From: an uncultured Clostridia bacterium
GTDB taxonomy: Bacteria > Bacillota > Clostridia > Christensenellales > CAG-917
Length of the DNA stretch: 64,000 nt
NCBI GenBank assembly: GCA_949286725.1
Contig: CASECZ010000004.1
Coordinates: forward strand, 23,159 to 87,158
Direction: 5' to 3'
The notes under the pieces are model-generated. The model ran no database searches. It worked only from the letters and a program-made list of their open reading frames with translations, and was not told the origin of the DNA. Position numbers and translations under genes: made by a program. Numbering within the stretch: the stretch's first letter is position 1; each line of letters opens with the position of its first letter. Below, one piece after another: positions 57,534-64,000 of this stretch.

Positions 57534-59078
57534 TTATTTTTTCTTTTTCGGGCGCATTCCTATGCTGCGCCAGTTCCTTGCGGACGACGCATCTATGCGC
57601 GACATGTTTTTGAGCTGGAACGCCACCGTCTCGACAATGCCTTTGACGAAGGACGGGTTGCTGTCGCCTATGGATGTGTAGTTTATGCCCATCGCACGCA
57701 ACATCTTTATCACCTTGCGCAGTCTTTCGGCGAAGACGGAATAATTCTTCTGCGGCGCGCTCCATCCGCTTTCGGCGACCGCCGCCGCTCGCGGGAACAT
57801 CATCGAGAAGAGTTTTTCCGCGCTGTCGATGTGTTCCGCCCACAAAGTGCATTCCACGCCCGTCACGAACGCCTCCGCACCCTCGCCGAACTCGGCAAGG
57901 CACGGCTCGAACTCGTAAGCGGCTTTCAGCGAGGAATAGCCGTAAGGCTGGTCGAGATAATAGGGATTGTGTCTGCTGACGATGACGCGACGTCCTTCCT
58001 CGCGCACCGCCGCGGCGACCTCGCGCGCGGACTTCGCGCCGGGTTTCCAGTACTGAATGACGGCATTCTTGTCCAGCATTCCCGACAGCAGAGCCTCGTT
58101 CCACACCACGGGCGTTTTGCCGAGTTCTTCGAGCATATCCGTGACTTTGCAGGTGAAATAACCTTGCAGTTTTTCGTAGTCGGCAAGTCCTTCCTTTTCC
58201 ATAAGAGCGCGACAACGCTCGCATTTTGCCCATTCGAGTTTTGCCACTTCGTCGCCGCCTATGTGGAAGTACTTGCACGGGAACAGTTTCGCCACGTCGC
58301 CGAGAATGTTGCGTACGGCTTCGTACGTCTCGTCCTTGCCTGCGCACAGTATTTCCGAGAAAATGCCGAATTTCGTCGCCACTTCGACGGGTTTGCCCGA
58401 ACACGAAAGTTCCGGATACGCCGAAACCACGGCACGCGTATGACCCGGGAGGTCGATTTCGGGCATCACGTTGACATAGCGTTCGGCGGCATAGGACACG
58501 ATTTCGCGCACGTCGGCTTCCGTAAAGAATCCGCCGTAAGGTTTTCCGTCGCCGCAGGTCTGAGCGCGCCTGGACGCATGCTCGGTGAGCAACGGCATCT
58601 TTTCGCAGGCGATTCTGAATCCCTGGTCGTCGCTCAGGTGGAGATGAAGGTAGTTGAATTTGAAAAGCGCCATCGCGTCGATGACTTTCTTTACGACGTC
58701 GACACCGAAGAAGTGGCGACTGACGTCCATAAGAACTCCGCGGTACGGAAAGCGCGGTCTGTCGCATATTCTGCACGCCGCGATTTCTCCGTTGTCGGAG
58801 CACTCGACGAGTTGTTTGAGCGTGATTGCGGCGTGGAAAAGACCTTCCGCGTCGCCCGCAACGGCTTTTACTCCCGTATCGAAGATTTCCAGCACGTAGT
58901 CGTACTCGGTCACGCCCAGTTCGAACACGACGGTTCTGCCGTCGGGAGCCACTGTTTCGTCGAGCTCGTCGAACATGGACGATATAATCGGGACGGGTGC
59001 GAAAACGCGCACGGCGGAGTCGAAACGGAAACTGCCTTCCGCATTCTCTATCTTCAACGGTTTCGGAATGATGTTCAC
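57534..59078 (-). CDS. GH20 beta-N-acetylhexosaminidase (cytoplasmic)
   Basis: RPRFPYRGVLMDVSRHFF, NYLHLHLSDDQGFR and the catalytic FHIGGDEV are present. Start set at GTG 59078 (VNIIPKPLKIE..., RBS AAGGGGGAAGG), because the candidate promoter -10 (59131..59136) overlaps the alternative ATG 59132. The track start at 59207 is unlikely. Confidence 0.85.
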   Translation of the reverse strand: MNIIPKPLKIENAEGSFRFDSAVRVFAPVPIISSMFDELDETVAPDGRTVVFELGVTEYDYVLEIFDTGVKAVAGDAEGLFHAAITLKQLVECSDNGEIAACRICDRPRFPYRGVLMDVSRHFFGVDVVKKVIDAMALFKFNYLHLHLSDDQGFRIACEKMPLLTEHASRRAQTCGDGKPYGGFFTEADVREIVSYAAERYVNVMPEIDLPGHTRAVVSAYPELSCSGKPVEVATKFGIFSEILCAGKDETYEAVRNILGDVAKLFPCKYFHIGGDEVAKLEWAKCERCRALMEKEGLADYEKLQGYFTCKVTDMLEELGKTPVVWNEALLSGMLDKNAVIQYWKPGAKSAREVAAAVREEGRRVIVSRHNPYYLDQPYGYSSLKAAYEFEPCLAEFGEGAEAFVTGVECTLWAEHIDSAEKLFSMMFPRAAAVAESGWSAPQKNYSVFAERLRKVIKMLRAMGINYTSIGDSNPSFVKGIVETVAFQLKNMSRIDASSARNWRSIGMRPKKKK

Positions 59079-59130
59079 GGTGCCTTCCCCCTTAAAATTG
59101 CGTCCCGACAGGCGTTTCGGGCTCTTTAAC

Positions 59131-59159
59131 ATAATAGCAAATCGGAGCGGAACAGTCAA
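59131..59159 (-). promoter_or_regulatory. sigma-70-like promoter of the GH20 operon (TTGACT-17-TATTAT)
   Basis: On the minus strand the -35 is at 59154..59159 and the -10 at 59131..59136. Confidence 0.5.
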
Positions 59160-59178
59160 TACGCGGGTGCGCGCATTA

Positions 59179-59207
59179 TTGACACTCAACTGTGGTTGTG
59201 ATATCAT
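59179..59207 (+). promoter_or_regulatory. sigma-70-like promoter (TTGACA-17-TGaTATCAT) of the 59214 membrane-protein/DUF1624 operon
   Basis: -35 at 59179..59184 and extended -10 at 59199..59207. The predicted TSS lies within a few nt of the GTG at 59214. Confidence 0.55.
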
Positions 59208-59213
59208 TCGAAT

Positions 59214-59705
59214 GTGAAACTGTCGGGATGTTTATTCGGCAGCGTGCTGACAACCGCGCTCGGAATATTGTGGAAAGTCTTGAAATTCGCCGTCGAACTT
59301 GCGGCGAAAATCGTCTATTATTTCGGGCTTTACGTGCCGCTAATCTACCTTGCCTACGGCGGCATTCTTTACCTGGCGTTCGGGTTCAACCCCTTTTATC
59401 CCGACGTCGACGGCAAACTGTACATCTTCGGTTTCGCGCTGACTTTCGGGTGCTCCGTGGTCATCACGATACGCAACGTGATAGTCCGCCCCCTGCGCAA
59501 GTATTTCACGGACTCGCGCGTCATCGAATACGACACGAAAGGCAAGAACACGAAACATCTGCCCGAGGCGCCGCGCATCTACAAAAGCCGCGTGAACCCC
59601 GGCATAATCGTCTACGAATACGACAACCGCTACGACCTTTACGAACAGCGTGGCGGCGGGTTGGAACTCGTAAAGACAGAATGGAAAACGAAAAAAGGTC
59701 GCTGA
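59214..59705 (+). CDS. hypothetical membrane protein (about 3 TM helices plus a basic/Tyr-rich C-terminal domain)
   Basis: 163 aa with a GTG start. Hydrophobic segments include LFGSVLTTALGILW, YYFGLYVPLIYLAYGGILYLAF and LYIFGFALTFGCSVVI. The next gene starts 4 nt downstream. Confidence 0.55.
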   Translation: MKLSGCLFGSVLTTALGILWKVLKFAVELAAKIVYYFGLYVPLIYLAYGGILYLAFGFNPFYPDVDGKLYIFGFALTFGCSVVITIRNVIVRPLRKYFTDSRVIEYDTKGKNTKHLPEAPRIYKSRVNPGIIVYEYDNRYDLYEQRGGGLELVKTEWKTKKGR

Positions 59706-59709
59706 GGTA

Positions 59710-60612
59710 ATGACCGCAACACAGTCGCTGATTTCAGACACCAAAACGGTTCTCGTTCCCAAACGTCCCCGTTACCGCATATGGGAAATAGACTTTCTCA
59801 GGGGGTTGTGTATCATTTTGATGATACTCGACCATTTGATGATGCTGATAGGTCTGTTTTTCGGACCCGTATGGTTCGGCAACGGACACCGCGTCACCGC
59901 AACGGGCGGCGGCGCGGATTTCTGCCGCTGGTGTCTGGATTTCTATAACAGCGACACCCACGCGACCCTTCATACGATAGTACTTTTCGTCTTCTTCTCG
60001 ATATCGGGAATATCCTGCACGTTCTCGCGCTCCAACCTGCGACGCGGTTGCATACTCGCATTCGTCGCCCTGTTGTATTCGTTGGTGACCTACGCGCTGG
60101 AAAGCATAGTGTCGGGCATACTGGTCACCTTCGGCGTGCTTCACTTCTATGCGGTGTGCATTCTGCTTTACGCGCTCGTTTCCTTCCTCTGCCGAAGAAA
60201 CGCCGTGGCGATTTCCGCAGTCAGCGCGGCGATAATCGTCGTCGTGACCTGCCTGTACTTCCTGTACACGCCGCCCGCCGACACTCCGACGTGGCTGTTC
60301 TTCATATTCCCGCCCGAAAACTACTACGGCGTAAAGACGACGTTCTACTCCGTGACGGCGATGTCCCCAGGCGACCTGTTCACCCTGATACCCTGGGCGG
60401 CGTTCTTCTTTGCGGGGACGATGATTGCGCCCGTCCTGTACGCCCGAAAATACAGCCTGTTGCCCTTTTTGGACGGCAAATGGCACAAGCCCGTTTGCTT
60501 CGTCGGCAAATACGCGATTTTCTTCTATCTCGCCCACGTGCTGGTGCTGACCGCCTTGCTTATGGTGATAAGTTACCTGTTCATCACGCCGGGCAACTGG
60601 GTGCTGTTGTGA
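59710..60612 (+). CDS. DUF1624 / heparan-alpha-glucosaminide N-acetyltransferase-like membrane acyltransferase
   Basis: 300 aa. RIWEIDFLRGLCIILMILDH is the hallmark N-terminal motif, and the protein is polytopic. RBS GAGGT. Confidence 0.75.
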   Translation: MTATQSLISDTKTVLVPKRPRYRIWEIDFLRGLCIILMILDHLMMLIGLFFGPVWFGNGHRVTATGGGADFCRWCLDFYNSDTHATLHTIVLFVFFSISGISCTFSRSNLRRGCILAFVALLYSLVTYALESIVSGILVTFGVLHFYAVCILLYALVSFLCRRNAVAISAVSAAIIVVVTCLYFLYTPPADTPTWLFFIFPPENYYGVKTTFYSVTAMSPGDLFTLIPWAAFFFAGTMIAPVLYARKYSLLPFLDGKWHKPVCFVGKYAIFFYLAHVLVLTALLMVISYLFITPGNWVLL

Positions 60613-60625
60613 TGTCGAAACATTG

Positions 60626-60653
60626 AAAACGCGACCCTGCGGTCGCGTTTTTT
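60626..60653 (+). terminator. rho-independent terminator after the DUF1624 gene
   Basis: aaaacgcgacc-ctgc-ggtcgcgtttttt: an 11-bp stem followed by a T-run. Confidence 0.8.
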
Positions 60654-60762
60654 CTTTCTCCGTTTTGCGGTTTCACTTTCCGATTTTCCCCTCCCGCCGC
60701 ACTTTGCGTTCGGGTTGTCCGTCCCCGACTTCCCTATGCCGTTTGTCGGGCGGCGAACACGG

Positions 60763-61350
60763 TCACTTGCGGTGCGCGGGCGGCGCAATGCTGAGGCAGA
60801 GTCGGGGTCGTCCCGTGCTTTCGCGCACGTAACTGCACTGTTGCATAAGCCTTCTGGCGCACTTTTGCGGACGGACGATGTTTTTGATTACGATGACGAA
60901 GGGGGCCTCGCCTTCGGTTATCAGTTTGATTTTGCCGCACCCGAATATCGCCTGAACGAAATTCTGACTCACGTCGACATAGCGTATTTCGTTGAGAGGG
61001 AGCATAACGCTCTTGGTGGACAACAACCCCGCCTTGTAGACGAATTTGTCCTCTGTGATGATGATTATGCGCATATAAAAGTCGATTACGTGCAATATCA
61101 GCAGCAGCACGACGAATAGTCCGCACCCGAGCATCGCCCATTTGAGGTTTGCTTCGCTGAGGTATTTTGCGCTTCCCGCAAAGGAAGGGTCGAGGGCTTG
61201 CTCGATGGTGTCGCCGTATATCCAAAGCACGGCGATTATTCCGCCCAGAATCGCCGCAACGAACAATTCCCTGAGAAAAGTCCAGCCCGAAAAACGCGGT
61301 CTGGCGACAATCCTCTCGGTTTTGGAATAAATGCGTTCGAGTCTCCTCAT
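60763..61350 (-). CDS. bacterial PH-domain (bPH_2/YdbT-like) membrane protein
   Basis: 195 aa with two TM helices (FVAAILGGIIAVLWIY, MLGCGLFVVLLLILHVI), followed by ITEDKFVYKAGLLSTKSVMLPLNEIRYVDVSQNFVQAIFGCGKIKL. RBS GGAGGA. Confidence 0.7.
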   Translation of the reverse strand: MRRLERIYSKTERIVARPRFSGWTFLRELFVAAILGGIIAVLWIYGDTIEQALDPSFAGSAKYLSEANLKWAMLGCGLFVVLLLILHVIDFYMRIIIITEDKFVYKAGLLSTKSVMLPLNEIRYVDVSQNFVQAIFGCGKIKLITEGEAPFVIVIKNIVRPQKCARRLMQQCSYVRESTGRPRLCLSIAPPAHRK

Positions 61351-61407
61351 ATATCCTCCGCTATGAGTGTAACCTTTGCGTGCCCCCGTGTCAAGGCAGG
61401 CGGACGG

Positions 61408-63363
61408 TCAGTTTTTGTAACAGGGCGGGAAGTGCGACAGGCGCACGGAGGTGCACCCGAAGGGCACGAATACCCTTTCCACGCTCTCCTCCGAAAATTT
61501 CGGCGTCTGCGGAATTGCGGACATACCGTTGATGTCGTAGTCCCAGTTGAGGACGGCTTTGCACCGCACCGTGAGTTCGAACGGGGGCGCGTCGTGGCTG
61601 AACGGACGGTGCGAAACGGGGTTGACCGTCGTCACTTCGTCCTCGTACAGGTGGCGCACTCCTCCCACGGTCTTTTTCGCCACGACGGGCGTGAAACTCC
61701 ATTTCTTGACCGTGTTGACTTCGATGAGTTTTCTGTCGGCGGGCGAAATCTTCGCCTCGGATACCAGTTTCGACGCCATAAGCAGGCTGCCTTTGAAGAA
61801 ACTCAATGAACCGTCTCTGTTCGCGAGCGCGCAAAGCGGAATGTCGAGTTTGAGCATAAAGGTGCTGCCCGTGCGCAGTATGCACTTGACGGAGATGCCT
61901 CCTTCGCCCGTGGCGACCACCTGTCCGCCCGATATCAGGCGCATCTTGGTGTTGCGCGGCACGCGGAAATTGATGCGCACGTCTGGCTCGCCCTCCGCCT
62001 CCTCGACGCGGAACACCACGGTGTTGCGGAAGGGATAACCCGTGTCCTCCTTTATGCGGAGTTTTGCGCCGTTGACGGTTGCGGTTATTGTGCACGGCGC
62101 ATACGCAAAGAAGTTGAGCTCGTCGCCGCGTGTCATGCACAACGCCTGCATGAAGGTGGGATAAGCCGAAAGCAACGCGACCGCCCCGCGCGACAGACCT
62201 TCCCTCACGAAGGCGTTGCCCGTGGGCGAATCCTTGAAAAACTCCCTGCGACGGAGCGAACATTCCAGCTGATTGGGCATCACGATGTCCTCGACCGCGC
62301 TGACGTCGTCGAAAGCCGCCGCCCCCATAACGTTGAAAGCAATCTGTTCCAGCATATCGGCGCACGCCGCCTCACCCGTCTCTTCCAGCACGGTGACGAG
62401 GGACTCCATCATCTCGCTTGCCGCCTCGACGTCCGTCCCGCGCGAAGCGGATACGCCCGCGAGCCTTTTGTCCGCGGCGAACATACCCGTTGCGTTTCCG
62501 TGGTATTTGTCGAGGTTGGCGATGAAACGGAGAGAAAGACGTTTGAGTTCGTCGTCGCCGATGAAAGCACCGTAGGTGCAGGGATATTTGACGGCTTTGG
62601 CAAGGCTGACGCCGCTCGTTTCGACCAGTATTTGGTGCGAACGGTGTTTCCATACGGAATTGGCGTGTTCGCAGGTCAGGGTCTTGCGTTTCTGCGCGTC
62701 GGAGTTTTCGGCCTGCGTGACGGTGCGCATGGCTTTTTTGAGAGCCGTCGCGGATATCATGCGTTCGGCGGGCTTGCGGTACGGGAACTTGCTTGCGACC
62801 TTGAACCAGTCGCAACTCTTCATGCACAGCGTTCCCGCCAGTTCTTTGAGCCACTCGCCGCCTTCCGCGCGGTAAACAGTCTCTATTGCGCGGATTTCGT
62901 CGGGAATGCGCGCCCGCGAATGATACCAAAAGGGGGTGACGCTCAACGTGTCGTACTGGCACTTGAAAAACTTGCGCAAAAAAACAATCGCCCTCTCGTC
63001 GCCCGTCAGTTCGTAGTACGCGAGCACGGCTTTGACGGCTTCGATTTTGTGGGCGAGATAAGGTCTTTCGGAGGGACCGAAATCCCCGCCCTCCTTTGCG
63101 CTGTCGAATACGGCGGACATAAAGCTTTCGACCTTGTCGACAAGCCGCGCGTCGTTGAGCGCGCCCGCCAGCATAACAAGCCCTTTGAGATAACGGGGCA
63201 AGGCCTCGCCGTCCTTCCACGCACCCTGTACGAGCACGTCCGAACGGGCGCCCATTCTCTTTTGCAGGTCATTGACGAGAAGAAGCTGGTCTTTCAACCA
63301 ACCTTCGGGAACGATGCTCCCGACGGGAAGTTTTTGAAGTTTGGGTCGTTCCTCTCTCTCCAT
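61408..63363 (-). CDS. six-hairpin glycoside-hydrolase-like protein (GH127/DUF1680-like; family uncertain)
   Basis: Track ORF 61408..63432 trimmed to MEREERPKLQKLPVGSIVPEGWLKDQL (ATG 63363), giving 651 aa with no signal peptide. The overlapping Arg-rich alternative-frame ORFs were rejected. Confidence 0.6.
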   Translation of the reverse strand: MEREERPKLQKLPVGSIVPEGWLKDQLLLVNDLQKRMGARSDVLVQGAWKDGEALPRYLKGLVMLAGALNDARLVDKVESFMSAVFDSAKEGGDFGPSERPYLAHKIEAVKAVLAYYELTGDERAIVFLRKFFKCQYDTLSVTPFWYHSRARIPDEIRAIETVYRAEGGEWLKELAGTLCMKSCDWFKVASKFPYRKPAERMISATALKKAMRTVTQAENSDAQKRKTLTCEHANSVWKHRSHQILVETSGVSLAKAVKYPCTYGAFIGDDELKRLSLRFIANLDKYHGNATGMFAADKRLAGVSASRGTDVEAASEMMESLVTVLEETGEAACADMLEQIAFNVMGAAAFDDVSAVEDIVMPNQLECSLRRREFFKDSPTGNAFVREGLSRGAVALLSAYPTFMQALCMTRGDELNFFAYAPCTITATVNGAKLRIKEDTGYPFRNTVVFRVEEAEGEPDVRINFRVPRNTKMRLISGGQVVATGEGGISVKCILRTGSTFMLKLDIPLCALANRDGSLSFFKGSLLMASKLVSEAKISPADRKLIEVNTVKKWSFTPVVAKKTVGGVRHLYEDEVTTVNPVSHRPFSHDAPPFELTVRCKAVLNWDYDINGMSAIPQTPKFSEESVERVFVPFGCTSVRLSHFPPCYKN

Positions 63364-63511
63364 GAAATCCTGCCCGCGCGGTTCACGCCCGCAGGCGCGC
63401 CGCAATAAGTTTCCGTTAACACAATGTACCACAAAAACGCGCTTTTTGCAAGCCCTTCCAACAGTTTGACAAAGCCGCCGAAAAGAATTAACATATCAAC
63501 GAGGTAAAACT

Positions 63512-64000
63512 ATGAAATACGCACTGATACTGGGAGACGGCATGGCGGACTACCCCGCGCCATCGCTGGGAGGGAAAACTCCCCTTGAAGTCGCCCGCAA
63601 ACCCTATATGAACAAGTTGTCCGCAACGGGCGAAGTCGGTCTCGTCAAAACCGTGCCCGACGGATACAAACCCGGCAGCGACGTCGCCAATCTCGGCGCG
63701 CTCGGATACGACGCAAGGACCTGCTATACGGGCAGAAGTCCCCTCGAAGCCCTCTCGATAGGCATCGAGATGAAGGACGACGACGTCGCGGTGCGTACCA
63801 ACCTCGTGACGCTCGGCGATGAGTCGGATTTTGCCGACAAGACGATGAAGGACTACTCCTCGGGCGAAATCACCACGGACGAAGCGCGCGAACTCATCGC
63901 ATTTTTGCAAGAACGCCTCGGCAACGAAAAGTTCGCTTTCCACGCGGGCGTAAGTTACCGTCATTGCCTGATAATCGCGCACGGCACCACGGATATGAAG
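63512..64000 (+). CDS. apgM: cofactor-independent phosphoglycerate mutase, ApgM type (5' partial; runs off the window)
   Basis: My own translation from ATG 63512 (RBS GAGGT) gives MKYALILGDGMADYPAPSLGGKTPLEVARKPYMNKLSATGEVGLVKTVPDGYKPGSDVANLGALGYD.... It is absent from the ORF track because there is no stop within the window. Confidence 0.8.
   Translation, partial: MKYALILGDGMADYPAPSLGGKTPLEVARKPYMNKLSATGEVGLVKTVPDGYKPGSDVANLGALGYDARTCYTGRSPLEALSIGIEMKDDDVAVRTNLVTLGDESDFADKTMKDYSSGEITTDEARELIAFLQERLGNEKFAFHAGVSYRHCLIIAHGTTDMK

Noticed and set aside
56749-58803. 684-aa same-strand alternative-frame ORF spanning the GH20 and beta-sandwich genes.
   Set aside because: It is extremely Arg-rich (runs such as RRRRKESHRRDG). 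It crosses an intergenic region that contains the RBS of the downstream gene. The competing frames carry GH20 catalytic motifs.
63488-63982. 164-aa minus-strand ORF at the right edge of the window.
   Set aside because: It is antisense to a clear ApgM-type phosphoglycerate mutase N-terminus (MKYALILGDGMADYP...) that starts at 63512 with an RBS.

Overview
This 64-kb window comes from a GC-rich, strongly GC3-biased genome that looks Firmicutes/Clostridia-like. That guess rests on the S10-spc-alpha operon order with a KOW protein between map and infA, hisZ plus short-form hisG, and spmA/spmB. No database or structure search was run, so all family calls come from motifs and synteny read in the supplied translations. 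CDS coordinates include the stop codon, and several track ORFs were trimmed to internal starts that have RBSs or stop/start coupling.

Layout:
1. 96-12551 (-): 27 genes, rpsJ-rplCDWB-rpsS-rplV-rpsC-rplP-rpmC-rpsQ-rplNXE-rpsN-rpsH-rplFR-rpsE-rpmD-rplO-secY-adk-map-KOW-infA-rpmJ. The RBS of the next gene (ggaggtagaaaa, reverse complement of nt 1-12) runs off the left edge.
2. 12941-14446 (+): an MFS transporter, divergent from the S10 promoter.
3. 14553-22154 (-): a complete his operon (TrpR-like yerC/hisR candidate, then hisZ-G-D-C-B-H-A-F-IE).
4. 22321-33396: an orphan protein, rsmA, a TatD-associated radical SAM gene, tatD, metG, spmAB, an XRE-cupin regulator, a DUF1858 protein, a YdjG-like/YdjI-like (SPFH) pair and an AEC transporter.
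5. 33536-55306 (-): a single uninterrupted 21,771-nt gene for a 7,256-aa lipobox-bearing protein with its own promoter, insulated by terminators on both sides.
6. 55543-63363: cytoplasmic GlcNAc/glycan-type genes (PIG-L deacetylase, beta-sandwich protein, GH20 hexosaminidase, DUF1624 acyltransferase-like, bPH membrane protein, six-hairpin GH-like).
7. 63512-64000 (+): a partial apgM-type phosphoglycerate mutase.

I recognised no rRNA, tRNA, CRISPR array, transposase or integrase.

The main finding is the giant gene. Downstream of the N-terminal lipid-anchor signal lie about 14 divergent 250-650-aa beta-rich modules. Each ends in a [LVI]Y[VIL]D-type strand motif and an acidic Ala/Ser/Asp/Glu linker. 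Some modules carry Tyr-rich hairpin insertions. A unique aromatic-rich segment follows, then a C-terminal array of about 1,400 aa of Ig-like (Big_4-like) domains. I cannot assign the bulk of the protein to any characterised family.
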